This document shows, one piece after another, positions 1-13,222 of a stretch of 64,000 bases of DNA; within the stretch, counting starts at the first letter, position 1, and each line of letters starts with the position of its first letter. The position numbers and the translations under genes were made by a program. This DNA comes from Octopus vulgaris (lineage: Eukaryota). The notes under the pieces are model-generated. The model ran no database searches, was not told the origin of the DNA, and saw nothing but the letters and a program-made list of their open reading frames with translations. Location: positions 1,612,001 to 1,676,000 of the forward strand of contig OX597840.1 of assembly GCA_951406725.2 (NCBI GenBank). Reading direction: 5' to 3'.

Positions 1-246
1 TATACTTCACGATGTGTTGCAGCTACTGTTTATATCTCGTTCAGAGATTTATTATTGCTTAATAATACTGTCACAAAGTAAAAAGTGCCGATCGCAATCT
101 TTTAATCTTAAAGATTTTTATTAAGAGTGTAATTCACACAGGATGTAGACATGATGCTGGTAGCAAAATTTGAAGAAATTGAGTGCAATGCAAGACATCA
201 ACGTTGACTGAAGAGAGTAAAATTAAAATATACAAAATAATATAAT

Positions 247-770
247 TCTAATGCAAACAAGAATTGCAAAAGAGATTATATATATTTACTGCAGTATATG
301 ACAAGAACCTTAAAAAAGTTATATCGGCCACACAGGAGAGAATCAAATGAAGCGACTCAGGTTGCATAAACAACACATACCTGATTGGCTGGTCACGGAG
401 GTGGCTTCCTTCTTCCTGCTCTGTCACAGTAAACAAGTTTGTAGAGATACCGGGTAGCTGTTTTAGAACTGACATCGACGTGTTCTGCTATGTCAGAGGC
501 CTTGCAGCGAGGATTATCCTCTAATGCAAATAAGAATTGCAAAAGAAATTATATATATTTACTGCAATATATGACAAGAACCTTAAAAAAATTATATCGG
601 CCACACAGGAGAGAATCAAATGAAGCGACTCAGGTTGCATAAACAACAAATACCTGATTATTACATATCTTACGCAGACATCACCTTCTGCTTCCAGAAC
701 AAATTGGCTATCAGGACCTAAACACACAACTGTGCCACTGATGTTATTTATAAATCCAAAACTTAACTTC
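247..770 (+). mobile_element. Penelope-like retroelement GIY-YIG endonuclease remnant, internally duplicated
   Basis: Manual translation gives AKEIIYIYCSI*QEP*KSYIGHTGENQMKRLRLHKQHI (IY...YIGxTG...R..H pattern). The ~140 bp segment occurs twice (247-386, 521-659); stop codons present. Confidence 0.6.
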
Positions 771-1368
771 ACACATCAATGAATAAATAAGAACAAAATT
801 ATAATTTTCAAACCAGCCAAACGGAACGTTTTTTAGCATAGACGAAACACATTTATGGTTTTAGAATTTCACAATATCAAAACACAATCGAAGATGTGAC
901 AAAGCATACATTTCACACAACAATCATAGAAGCATCAAAAAAACATATCCCACAAGACACCATAAATAAAACAATATCAATTGCGCATCTGAAATAAGCT
1001 GTCTGATAAATAGAAGAAATTACCTCAGGCAAAGTACACTAGTATCACACGAAGTAGAACTAAACAACTCACAGCGTTGAACAGATAACAAAGAAAAGGC
1101 TGCGAAAATACGCTATAGAAAACTACAAAAAAACTGGCAATATTTTTGTTCAGTATAAACCACAAAAATATGACAGAAATAATATATGGAATAACTAACG
1201 GCATAAAGCAAGAGTGTGTTTGCTTGATAAGCACATGTTTTATAGTTCAATCCTTGCTCTCCACGATTTGATTAAATTTAGTTACCTTTATTATGATCTT
1301 TAGATACTGAATAAGTCAATGAGGAGGGAAATTTTAAAGTGCAAAGCATTAGAAACACGCCACATACA

Positions 1369-1418
<50 letters not shown>

Positions 1419-1433
1419 CATTTATATAGGTGA

Positions 1434-1664
1434 AGGCGGTAAGCTGGCAGAAACGTTAGCACGCCGGGCGAAACGCTTAGCTGTATTTAGTCTGCCGTTA
1501 CGTTCTGAGTTCAAATTCCGCCGAGGTCGACTTTGCCTTTCATCCTTTCGGGGTCGATAAATAAAGTACCAGTTACGCACTGGAGTCGACGTAATCGACT
1601 TAATCCGTTTGTCTGTCCTTGTTTGTCCCCTCTATGTTTAGCCCCTTGTGGGCAGTAAAGAAAT
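1434..1664 (+). mobile_element. tRNA-derived SINE, family A
   Basis: Head ggcggtaagctggcagaaacgttagc, B-box-like gagttcaaattcc, core gcctttcatcctttcggggtcgataa, tail gccccttgtgggcagtaaagaaat; about 12 copies in the window. Confidence 0.9.
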
Positions 1665-1695
1665 ATATACATATAGAGATTTATATATATATAAA

Positions 1696-2075
1696 GGAGT
1701 GGCTGTGTGGTAAGTAGCTTGCTAACCAACCACACGGTTGCGGGTTCAGTCCCACTGCGTGGCATCTTGGGCAAGTGTCTTCTGCTATAGCCCCGGGCCG
1801 ACCAATGCCTTGTGAGTGGATTTGGTAGACGGAAACTGAAAGAAGCCTGTCGTATATATGTATATATATATATGTAAGTGTGTGTGTGTATATGTTTGTG
1901 TGTCTGTGTTTGTCCCCCTAGCATTGCTTGACAACCGATGCTGGTGTGTTTAGGTCCCCGTCACTTAGCGGTTCGGCAAAAAGAGACCGATAGAATAAGT
2001 ACTAAAAGGTGGTGCTCCAGCATGGCCGCAGTCAAATGACTGAAACAAGTAAAAGAGTAAAAGAGTAAAAGAGTA
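1696..2075 (+). mobile_element. tRNA-derived SINE, family B (CORE-like), small internal deletion
   Basis: Head ggagtggctgtgtggtaag, B-box-like gggttcagtccc, CORE-like cttgggcaagtgtctt, internal TA/TG tract, (gtaaaaga)n tail. Confidence 0.9.
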
Positions 2076-2096
2076 ATATATATATATATATATATA

Positions 2097-2285
2097 TAGG
2101 GAAAGTTTACGAAAAAAACAAAAGACGATGACAGGTGGTGTACAAAACAAACAGATGTATTAGCATAATGCTCAGGAACAGAAAAAGTCTTTTACGTTTC
2201 GAGCCTATGCTCTTCTACAGAAAGGTACACAGAAAAAAACAAGGAGATAAAAAAAGTGTGTAGAGGCTAATGATCTATCATTGCT
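2097..2285 (-). mobile_element. Dispersed repeat family D (Penelope pLTR-like, hammerhead-like motif)
   Basis: Near-identical copies at 31268, 35026 and 45267; three of the four start directly at a (TA)n tract. Minus strand reads cttt-CTGTAGA-a-gagc-atag-gctc-GAAA-cg-TA-aaag. Confidence 0.65.
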
Positions 2286-2305
2286 TCATATATATATATT
2301 TGTGT

Positions 2306-2351
<46 letters not shown>

Positions 2352-2352
2352 C

Positions 2353-2383
<31 letters not shown>

Positions 2384-2384
2384 G

Positions 2385-2898
<514 letters not shown>

Positions 2899-3111
2899 TA
2901 TAAATATGTATGGCCCTACAAATAAAAACACACACGTACATATAATGCTTATATATGAGTATTAATAGATTTATCTAACATCTGCTTCTCTTTCTGTGTC
3001 TTTCTCCCTGTGCAATGCAATATGTGTATACGTATGTATATAGGTAGGTAGACAGGCAGGCAGGCAGGTAGGTAGGTAGGTAGGTAGGTAGGTAAGTAGG
3101 TAGGTATCATA

Positions 3112-3346
3112 AGGCGGCGTGCTGGCAGAAACGTTAGCACGCCGGGCGAAATGCTTAGCGGTATTTCGTTTGCCGTTACGTTGTGAGTTCAAATTCCGCC
3201 GAGGTCGACTTTGCCTTTCATCCTTTCGGGGTCGATAAATTAAGTACCAGTTACGCACTGGGATCGATGTAATCAACTTAATACCTATGTCTGTCCTTGT
3301 TTGTGCCCTCTGTGTTTAGCCCCTTGTGGGTAATAAAGAAATAGGT
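3112..3346 (+). mobile_element. SINE family A
   Basis: Full-length match to 1434-1664. Confidence 0.9.
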
Positions 3347-3399
3347 ATCACTTTTCGTACGATTGTATACAGATAATTGTATTCCAGGGCAATATAATA

Positions 3400-3615
3400 A
3401 TAGTTTCAAATTTTGGTCGCAATACCAGTAATTCCCGGGGTGATGCAAGTCGATTACATGGAAACCAATGCTCACCTAGTAGTTATTTTATCGACCCCGA
3501 AAGGATGAAATGCAAATCGACCTCTGCTGAATTTGAACTCCCAAATTAAAATTGGGCGAACTGCCCGTATACATTTTGCCTGGAATGCTAACGATTTTGT
3601 CCTCTCGCCGCCTTA
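3400..3615 (-). mobile_element. SINE family A-related, diverged
   Basis: tttatcgaccccgaaaggatgaaa...atttgaactc...tgctaacgatt...ctcgccgcctta. Confidence 0.75.
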
Positions 3616-3641
3616 CAGATAAATACAATAATGAAATCTAA

Positions 3642-3855
3642 GTCGGCTAACACGTAGAATCGTTAGCACGCCGAACGAAATGCTTAGCAGCATATCGTCC
3701 GTTTTCATGATCTGAGATAAAAATTCCGCTGAGATCGATTTTGCTTTTCATTATTTCGGGCGCAATAAACTCAATACAAGGTGAGCACTAGGAGTGATGT
3801 AATCGAATTGGCCCCTTCGCCGAACGTGTTGATCTTGTGCCAAAATTTGAAATCG
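3642..3855 (+). mobile_element. SINE family A-related, diverged
   Basis: agaatcgttagcacgccgaacgaaatgcttagc...aaattccgctgagatcgattttgcttttcat. Confidence 0.7.
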
Positions 3856-3863
3856 ATATGATA

Positions 3864-4243
3864 TCGTTATATATAAAAGTGAAGTTGTGTGTCTGTCTCC
3901 TACGAATTAGATTCCTAACTACTCCCACATTTTGCGGTGCAGTGTAACCAAAAGCAAGTATCTTATAGTCGTGATTCATATCGAGCCCTTCTGGGTATTA
4001 GCGCGCGTCTACGATGAGTCTACGATTTTTAAAAAATTTACCATCATTTTTTTCCATTTTAATGCTTTTTTCGCTATTATATAAGGGAAGTAACTCTCTA
4101 AAATATCTACAATGAGTCAACGATTACCATAATTTTTTTCCATTTTTAATGCTTTTTTTGCTATTTTTTGGCTATAACTCTTTAAAAATGCTTATATAGT
4201 TATTTCCCTTACAAACCCGAGCAAAGCCGGGCGATACTGCTAG
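3864..4243 (+). mobile_element. Non-autonomous Helitron
   Basis: 5' TC end (tcgttatatataaaag), subterminal hairpin cccg-agcaaagc-cggg (4216-4231), 3' CTAG, inserted between A3863 and T4244 with no TSD. Confidence 0.75.
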
Positions 4244-4611
4244 TTGAAATATAAATTCTAGCATAATCCGAGTCTCTTGTTTTGTTTTTATATATATTTT
4301 GTAATCTTAAAATATTACACACACTAATATCAGATTTCATGGTTACCGTAATCTACAAGTTTGTGTAGTAACGCTGATTGACAACGGTGATGGCAGACAA
4401 TGATGTCTACGCCGCGTGTGGTTTGGTTAAAATGTTCCTCTCAATACGCGCTGTAAATGTCATCTGGGATGGAAGATCTAACTCACAGCGACGCCTAAAA
4501 TGCACAATGATTGTTTAACACACTGTTCAGAAGATCGAGCCTGCTGGAATCTATTACATACTATTTAAAAGACGAATACAACCAGTATACGAAACACATC
4601 TTTCAATTAAT

Positions 4612-4996
4612 TGGAAGCACTCCGTCGGTTACGACGACGAGGGTTCCGGTTGATCCGAATCAACGGAACAGCCTGCTCGTGAAATTAACGTGTAAGTGGC
4701 TGAGCACTCCACAGACACGTGTACCCTTAACGTAGTTCTCGGGGATATTAAGCGTGACACAGAGAGTGACAAGGCCGGGCCCTTGAAATACAGGTACAAC
4801 AGAAACAGGAAGTAAGAGTGAGAGAAAGTTGTGGTGAAAGAGTACAGCAGGGATCGCCACCATCTCCTGCCGGAGCCTCGTGGAGCTTTAGGTGTTTTCG
4901 CTCAATAAACACTCACAAAGCCCGGTCTAGGAATCGAAACCGCGATCCTACGACCGCGAGTCCGCTGCCCTAACCACTGGGCCATTGCGTCTCCAC
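4612..4996 (-). mobile_element. tRNA-derived SINE, family C (tail type 1), with TSD
   Basis: Minus-strand head gtggagacgcaatggcccagtggttagggcagcggactcgcggtc...gtttcgattcc; flanked by direct repeat tttcaattaat (4601-4611, 4997-5007). Confidence 0.9.
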
Positions 4997-5149
4997 TTTC
5001 AATTAATATTACTACGTAAACCCGAAGCTCGTGGAAAGCATGAAAGCACTTGTACTATTATGGTATGTACTATTGTAAAATTGTAAAAAAATAGACGATG
5101 GAAGTTAGACGATGTTAGACTTTCATATAGACACATATATGAGCCGATG

Positions 5150-5240
5150 GAGCACATGCACCGGTTACGTTGGACTCGACACCTTATTAGAATGAGGTCT
5201 AGCAGGATCCCTAAGCAGATGCTGTATGGGGAACTGGTAA
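5150..5240 (+). mobile_element. RTE-clade LINE C-terminal fragment
   Basis: HRLRWTRHLIRMRSSRIPKQMLYGEL matches the RTE motif RLRWxGHxxRMxxxRxPKxxLYGEL. Confidence 0.75.
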
Positions 5241-5335
5241 AATGCACAATATTCAAATTATTTCAAGTTATTCCTAGAGTGCACAATGTTCCTGAAGGTC
5301 AGCAATGGCCTTCCTCCGTACGAGTGGACTGCCAT

Positions 5336-5377
<42 letters not shown>

Positions 5378-5399
5378 ATTATATATATATATATATATA

Positions 5400-5622
5400 T
5401 GCATGTGTGTGTTTGTGTGTCTGTGTTTGTCTCCCTAGCATTGCTTGACAACCGATCCTGGTGTGTTTACGTCCCAGTCACTTAGCGGTTCGGCAAAAGA
5501 CACCGATAGAATAAGTACTGGGCTTACAAAAATAAGTCCCGGCGTCGAGTTGCTCGATTAAAGGCGGTGCTCCAGCATGGCCGCCGTCAAATGACTGAAA
5601 CAAGTAAAAGAGTAAAAGAGTA
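5400..5622 (+). mobile_element. SINE family B, 3' half
   Basis: ctagcattgcttgacaaccg...ggcggtgctccagcatggcc...gtaaaagagtaaaagag. Confidence 0.85.
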
Positions 5623-5799
5623 ATAAATATAGAACAATGAAACCTTTATTTAGTGTGTGCTGAATACAGTATCATTTATAATGTATTTCAGTTATTGTGA
5701 CCATGCTTGGTGGCAACCTTGAAAGGTTTTGTCGCAAAAATCGATCCCAGTACATATTTTATTGTAGAATGTGTGTGTTATTCGATCAGTCTCTTTCTT

Positions 5800-6388
5800 A
5801 TTTCTTGGTTGCCAAAACGGGGCTAAGCATAGAGGGGACAAACAAGGACAGACAAAGGGTTGAAATCGAAATACCTATTTCTTTATTACCCACAAGGGGC
5901 TAAACACAGAGGGGACAAACAAGGACAGACATAGGTATTAAGTCGACTACATCGACCCCAGTGCGTAACTGGTACTTAATTTATCGAACCCGAAAGGATG
6001 AAAGGCAAACGACCTCGGCGGAAGTTGAACTCACAACGTAACGCAGACGAAGTACTGCTAAGGGTTGAAATCGAAATACCTAATTCTTTACTACCCACAA
6101 GGGGCTAAACACAGAGGGGACAAACAAGGACAGACAAACGGATTAAATCGATTATATCGACTCCAATGCGTAACTGGTACTTAATTTATCGACCCCGAAA
6201 GGATGAAAGGAAAGGTTGACCCCGGCGGAATTTGAACTCAGAACGTAACGGCAGACGAAATACGGCTACGCATTTCACCCAGCGTGCTAACGATTCTGCC
6301 AGCTCGCCGCCTTTTGAAATCAAAATACCGCTAATCATTTCGCCCGGCGTGTTAATGTTTCTGCCAGCTCGCCGTCTCTCTTCTGCCA
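5800..6388 (-). mobile_element. Stacked/tandem SINE family A copies
   Basis: Two near-full copies (about 5873-6060 and 6077-6312), each preceded by aagggttgaaatcgaaataccta, plus partial tail and head duplications. Confidence 0.85.
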
Positions 6389-6391
6389 AAC

Positions 6392-6428
<37 letters not shown>

Positions 6429-6429
6429 T

Positions 6430-6495
<66 letters not shown>

Positions 6496-6672
6496 TGATA
6501 TAGAACCGTAAGTTACATTTCCTGAAGACGAGATAAGGTAAAGATGTATATGAATAAGGTAAAGATGTACTACATATATTTCCAAGTTAGTTTAAACAGG
6601 TTTTACGTAACAAAGAAGTGGAAAATGTATTCGGCTTATCTCGTCTTCAGGCAATGTAACTTACAGTTTTAA

Positions 6673-6745
<73 letters not shown>
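6392..6745. repeat. Fold-back: ~37 bp inverted arms flanked by inverted (GATA)n/(TATC)n tracts
   Basis: 6501-6537 tagaaccgtaagttacatttcctgaagacgagataag pairs with 6635-6671 cttatctcgtcttcaggcaatgtaacttacagtttta. Confidence 0.8.
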
Positions 6746-6793
6746 CCTACCTAAGTATCTATCTGCATTTATATATATGTATATATATAAGTA

Positions 6794-6852
<59 letters not shown>

Positions 6853-6869
6853 CCTAAGTATCTATCTGC

Positions 6870-6916
<47 letters not shown>

Positions 6917-7549
6917 TTTACTTTTATACGTGTCAGTTTGTGTATGTATGCGTGTTTCTGCGTATGTGTATGTTCATTTATATAGATGCATGAGTGAGGT
7001 GGGTGATGTCCTTATAATAATGTATGTACGTACATAGGATTGGCTCTCAGTAAGTCAACCTTTGAACGTATATCACAGTCATTGTACAATGCTTCCAAAA
7101 CTCCACATCTACACAGTTTATTTTTTTCATATAATTTCATTTTTAAATACACAATAACAATAAAGTACTGAATCATATATATGTAATCTACAAATAAAAT
7201 ATATTAATTTACAATATGAATAGCCTTAAAGCAAGTTTTTATTATGAATATATATCTATCGCTGTAATGTGATTACAAAATACATACGATAGCTAACAAT
7301 AATTACTTTATATATATATATTGTAAAGAAGAATAATATGCAATAGAATTAGATACAATACGATGATGTATAATATTTGCATAAAATAATATACTCTTTC
7401 AATAGACTATTTAACAAAAAAATATATTGTGAAAGCTTATGAATGTAAAAGTGTAATAATGCAAATATCACAAAAAAGAAACATCGTGTATGTATATACG
7501 TATGGATGTACGTGTATATCTATATCTATATCTATATCTATCTATCTCG

Positions 7550-7617
<68 letters not shown>

Positions 7618-7618
7618 T

Positions 7619-7692
<74 letters not shown>

Positions 7693-7960
7693 TATATGTA
7701 TATAATTACCAGCGGGGTGTCTACACCAGCCCCACCGATGTCATATTCAGCATCGCCATCACTATGATGATAATCTATACAACCACTTTGTCGTCGATGT
7801 TACAGTTATATGTATAAAAGTATCGCATCCGTTCTTCTATAAAATACACATACGTCTGTCTTTCTGTGTATCTCTCACACACACATATATATACATATAT
7901 ATGTACACATATATATATATATACATACATATATATATATATAAATGCATACAAACACAG

Positions 7961-8046
<86 letters not shown>

Positions 8047-8259
8047 CTGTATGTGTATGCATGTATGGATGTATATGTATGTATATTTTAAAATTTATAT
8101 TTATATATAAAGTTATACAAATATATTTATATATAAATTTATACGGATATGTATATACATATGTATGTACATATACACATATATGAGCGTATGATATATG
8201 AGATATATATATATATACATATATATATGTGTGTGTGTGCGTGTGTGTGTATATACATT

Positions 8260-8310
<51 letters not shown>

Positions 8311-8499
8311 GTATGGTAATATGTTCGTACTTATGTGTCTGTGTAAGAGAGTGCCTGTGTGGGGAAAAATTTATAACTGAAGAAAAGTATTATTTCGATG
8401 CATAGACATACGGCTATACCGAAATACAAAGACTGTCTATAAGCTTATATATACTTACCTATATACACACATAGATATTTATATATACTCACATACTTA

Positions 8500-8881
8500 G
8501 ACTTGAAAATGTACATGATCACATGACACGTAACATATGGCCTGCTAATTCCACAGATCTCAATCCATTGGACTTTTACATGCGAAGCGTTGTTGATAGA
8601 GAGGTCAATGAACACGCCCATAACACCAAAGATTGTTTGAATGCTACAATACTCAGAGTAATGTTCAAAATGAACCAGGACCACTTGATTCGAGCATGTA
8701 GATGATTTAGATCTCATATAGAAGCAGTTGTTGAAGCTGAAGGTGCCTTTATTGAATAATATTATAGAAAAGGTTTATTTCTACCCTCATAGCATTTTTT
8801 GATAAATAAAGTTATCATCTGTTATCATATTTATATTTTTATAAACATAAATCTGTCCTCAAATATCTTACGCACATTGTG
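8500..8881 (+). mobile_element. Tc1/mariner-superfamily (maT/DD37D-like) transposase 3' remnant
   Basis: WPANSTDLNPLDF (WPxxSPDLNPxD motif) then LIRACR*FRSHIEAVVEAEGAFIE*, followed by a probable 3' terminal sequence. Confidence 0.8.
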
Positions 8882-8888
8882 TATATAT

Positions 8889-9288
8889 TACTCTTTTACT
8901 CTTTTACTTGTTTCAGTCACTTGACTATGGCCATGCTGGAGCACCGCCTTTAGTCGATCGAGCAAATCGACCGCGGGACTTATTCTTTGTAAGCCTAGTA
9001 CTTATTCTATCAGTCTGTTTTTCCGAACCGCTAAGTCACAGTGATGTAAACACACCTGCATCCCTTGTAAAGGGGACAAACACAGACACACGAACAAATA
9101 CATACACATACATATATACATATATATGACGGGCTTCTTTCAGTTTCCGTCTAAGAAATTTACTCACAAGGCTTTGGTCAACCCGAGGCTATAGTAGAAA
9201 ACACTTGCCCGAGGTGCCACGCAGTGGGACTGAACCCGAAACCATGTGGTTCGTAAACATGCTACTTACCACACAGCCATTCCTACAC
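8889..9288 (-). mobile_element. SINE family B
   Basis: Reverse complement of the full element including (tcttttac)n tail. Confidence 0.9.
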
Positions 9289-9296
9289 CTATATTT

Positions 9297-9341
<45 letters not shown>

Positions 9342-9342
9342 G

Positions 9343-9476
9343 CAAGGGTTAAATATCTCAGAGACAGAGAGAGAAAGAGTGAGAGATGTATGTTACATAT
9401 GAATACGTGTTTTCGTATATACGTATATATATATATCTCTCTCTCTATATATATATATACAAGGGTTAAATATCTC

Positions 9477-9507
<31 letters not shown>

Positions 9508-9549
9508 GAAAGAATGAGAGATGTATGTTATATATTGATATGTGTTTTC

Positions 9550-9560
<11 letters not shown>
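9343..9560. repeat. Tandem duplication, ~117 bp unit x2
   Basis: caagggttaaatatctcagaga...gagagatgtatgtta...gtgttttcgtatata occurs at 9343 and 9460. Confidence 0.8.
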
Positions 9561-9581
<21 letters not shown>

Positions 9582-10089
9582 GTGTGTGTGTCTGTTCTGT
9601 ACGTGTGTTTTTGAGTGTGTATGTATGTGTGCGTGTGTATTATTATATTACTATACATCATTCCAGTGTATTGCGATGATTGAAAAGAAATAGGAAATAC
9701 ATAAAAATAGGTTTCTTTAAACATTAATGAATGACAGAAGATTCCATCACCTAAATTCTCGATCTTACAACAATGTCTAGAATTGGAAGGAGTGAATAAT
9801 TTTGAATAAAACCTTTGAAATTGTACTCGGCAAATGACAGGTGCATCTTTGAGCAAAGAGGATGGGAGACGGCCAATTTGTTCAACGTATTGAAAATAGC
9901 TGACGGAATGATTTACTAGGTTACTGTAATGTCATTCAAAGAGTTGAAGAACATGTTGGATTTACAAAGTATAACGCCGAAAAGCTTACGAATACAAAGT
10001 GTAAAATTGAGGTCATAACTTGAGTATTATAGAATTTTCTTACACCTCTCTTCCAATTACTAACAGCAGCAGAAGCAGCAACAGCATCA

Positions 10090-10720
10090 GGAGGTGCAAT
10101 GATGGTTAGGGCAGCGGACTCGCGGTCGGTTGATCGCTGTTTCGATTTCCAGACCGGGCTTTGTGCGTGTTTATTGAGCGAAAACACCTACAGCTCCACG
10201 GGGCTCCGGCAGGTGGTGGTGGCGACCCCTGTTGTACTCTTTCGCTCCAACATCAAGTGGAGGCGCAATGGTCCAGTGGTTAGAGCAGCGGACTCGCGGT
10301 CGGTTGATCGCTGTTTCGATTCCCAGACCGGGGTTTCTGTGCGTTTATTGAGCAAAAACACCTACAACTCCACGGGGCTCCGGCAGGTGGTGGTGGCGAC
10401 CCCTGTTGTACTCTTTCGCTCCAACATCAAGTGGAGGCGCAATGGTCCAGTGGTTAGAGCAGCGGACTCGCGGTCGGTTGATCGCTGTTTCGATTCCCAG
10501 ACCGGGGTTTCTGTGCGTTTATTGAGCAAAAACACCTACAACTCCACGGGGCCCCGGCAGGTGGTGGTGGCGACCCCTGTTGTACTCTTTCGCTCCAACA
10601 TCAAGTGGAGGCGCAATGGCCCAGTGGTTAGAGCAGCGGACTCGCGGTCGGACGATCGCTGTTTCGATTCCCAGACCGGGCTTTGTGTGTGTTTATTGAG
10701 CGAAAACACCTACAGCTCCA
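10090..10720 (+). repeat. Tandem array of SINE C heads, 174 bp unit, ~3.6 copies
   Basis: gtggaggcgcaatgg starts at 10257, 10431 and 10605 (period 174); the first copy starts near 10090. Confidence 0.92.
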
Positions 10721-10735
10721 TCAGACAGACAGAAT

Positions 10736-10860
10736 AAGACCGATAGAATAAGTACTACGCTTTAAAAAAATAAGTCCTAGGATGGTTTTTTTAGACTAAA
10801 AATTCTTTAATGCGGTGCTCCCGCATGGCCGCAGTGGAGTGACAGAAGCAAATAAAAGAA
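10736..10860 (+). mobile_element. SINE family B-type 3' tail fragment
   Basis: agaccgatagaataagtact...gcggtgctcccgcatggccgcagt...aataaaaga. Confidence 0.7.
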
Positions 10861-11002
10861 TTAAAATAGAATCTTGCAAATGATTCGTGTAGGTCCAAGC
10901 AACCCTGCTTTGTGCAGATACCCCGACTTCTTCAAATTATCTGCTTTCATCATATCTAACTCTTTTGTGAGTCAGTTGCATACAGATCACACAGCACCGA
11001 CA

Positions 11003-11430
11003 AGTGGAGGCGCAATGGCCCAATGGTAAGGGCAGCGGACTCGCAGTCGGAGGATCGCGGTTTCGATTCCCAGACCGGGCGTTGTGTGTGTTTATTGAGC
11101 GAAAACACCTAAAAGCTCCACGAGGCTCCGGCAGTAGTAGGTGGCGACCCCTGTTGTACTCCTTCGCTTCAACTTTCTCTCGCTCTTTCTTCCTGTTTCT
11201 TGTCCCCGACGTCATACGCAACCGCTGAGCCTGGATGCGCATTCATCCATCCGTCGATGCTCCCGGTGTCGGGGGTTGATCTGCGTTCTCTTCTGCGGTT
11301 CTTACGAATAGCAAAGGACCACGTTTCGGACTTCTCCCACTACTTGCGAGCTCTGGGACGAAGACCGCTTCGCTCAACAGACAAACAAACGAACAAACAA
11401 AGCAACAGCATCAACAACAACAACAATAGC
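11003..11430 (+). mobile_element. SINE family C (tail type 2, ends in caaa/caa repeats)
   Basis: Head identical to other C copies; the body after ~11200 differs from the other C copies. Confidence 0.85.
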
Positions 11431-11494
11431 AATATTAGCAATTATATTTTTGGTTCCTTCTTTTGCACAGGGTCAGCCATTTTTTGGTGAGGAA

Positions 11495-11660
11495 GGGGAT
11501 AAGTCGTATCCATCGATAGCAGTGTATCACTGGTACTTCTTTTATCGACCTCCAAATGATAAAAACCAAAGTCAATCTCGGCAGAATCTGAACTCAGAAT
11601 GTAGCAGCAGACGAAACGACGCAAAGCATTTCGCCCGGCGCGCTAACGATTCTGCCATCT
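11495..11660 (-). mobile_element. SINE family A-related, diverged
   Basis: ctggtactt...ttatcgacc...tgaactcagaatgtagcagcagacgaaa...gcatttcgcccggcgcgctaacgattctgcca. Confidence 0.75.
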
Positions 11661-11667
11661 CACTCTC

Positions 11668-12089
11668 TCTTTACTCTTTTACTCTTTTACTTGTTTCAGT
11701 CATTTGACAGCGGCCATGCTGGAGCACCGCCTTTAGTCGAGCAAATCGACCCCGGGACTTATTCTTTGTAAGCCCAGTACTTATTCTATCGGTCTCTTTT
11801 GCCGAACCGCTAAGTAACGGGGACCTAAACACACCAGCATCGGTTGTCAAGCAATGCTAGGGGGACAAACACAGACACATAAACACACACACACATACAT
11901 ACACACAGATATATATACATATATACGACGGGCTTCTTTCAGTTTCCGTCTACCAAATCCACTCACAAGGCTTTGGTCGGCCCGAGGCTATAGCAGAAGA
12001 CACTTGCCCAAGATGCCACGCAGTCGGACTGAACTCGGAACCATGTGGTTGGTTAGCAAGCTACTTACCACACAGCCACTCCTGCGCCT
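11668..12089 (-). mobile_element. SINE family B, full length
   Basis: Complete reverse-complement copy ending ccacacagccactcctgcgcc. Confidence 0.92.
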
Positions 12090-12579
12090 ATCGAATAATA
12101 TTGCACAACGAAAAATAATATGGCCGCCATTCTAGGAAGATGTACTCAGTTTGAGCTCCGTAAATTGTTAGTTTTAATTAATCATTTCGGCTGGTTGCAG
12201 CCTGCCCGTTAAAAATTTCATTTAACAAGTATTTTGCTTGCATTGTTTGGATAGTAGTGGTAGCATTTTGTATAATTTCATCCCCTTTTTGGGGCTGTAA
12301 TAATCGTTTTGCAATTTTGTATTTTTTGTGAAGACAAGATTCTATTCATTATTCCAATTTTTTAAAACAAAATGTCAGATTTGCGAGAAATAGTTAATAA
12401 TTGACCAGGAGCAGCGTTTTGTTGAAACTCCGAAGAGAAATGTCGCGGAAGGTGAACTGAATTTCTCGCTGAAGAGAAATACAATTTACTCTTGTTGCTA
12501 CGACGACGGTAACAAGGGTGGAAGAATTGGAAGGAAAGATAATGGCGACGACAATTACTGCAGCATCAGCAGCAGCTGC

Positions 12580-13222
12580 ACCACCAACACTACAACCACC
12601 ACTCCACCACTACCACTACCACCACTACCACCACCACCACCACCACTACCACCACCCACCACCACTACCACTACTACCACCACCATCACCACCACCACCC
12701 CCAACACGACCACCCCACCCCACCACTACCAGTACCACCACCCCCACGACCACTACCACTACCACTACCACCACCACCACCACCACCACCACCACCACCA
12801 CCACTACCACGACCACCATCACCACAATCACCATCACCACCACCATCAGGTATTTAAGGTATTGTATTTTCTTTGTATTTAAGGTATTGTATTTTCACCA
12901 CCACCACCACAACTACCACCACCACCACCACCACCACCACTACCACCACCACCACCACCACCACCACCACCACCACCACCACCACCACCACCACCACCAC
13001 TACCACCACTACTACCACTACCACCACTACCACCACCACCACCACCACAACTACCACCACCACCACCACCACCACCACTACCAGTACCACCACCACCACG
13101 ACCACTACCACTACCACTACCACCACCACCACCACCACCACCACCACCACTACCACGACCACCATCACCACAATCACCATCACCACCACCACCATCACCA
13201 CCACAACCACCACCACCACCAT
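12580..13222. repeat. (CAC/TAC)n trinucleotide array
   Basis: Poly-His/Thr/Val ORFs in all frames; the unique junction caggtatttaaggtattgtatttt recurs. Confidence 0.95.

Noticed and set aside
9660-10050. Possible host exon in unique-looking sequence
   Set aside because: No recognisable protein motif; the only ORF extends into microsatellite, and splice sites cannot be supported.
10099-10737. 212 aa repeat-protein ORF
   Set aside because: It is the translation of a 174 bp SINE-head tandem; no independent coding evidence.
11003-11080. tRNA gene
   Set aside because: tRNA-like A/B boxes continue into a SINE body with no proper acceptor stem or terminator; the same applies to the other SINE heads.
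11310-11385. Hammerhead in SINE C tail type 2 (minus strand CUGUUGA ... GAAACgugGUC)
   Set aside because: Non-canonical core, and stems I and II could not be paired convincingly.
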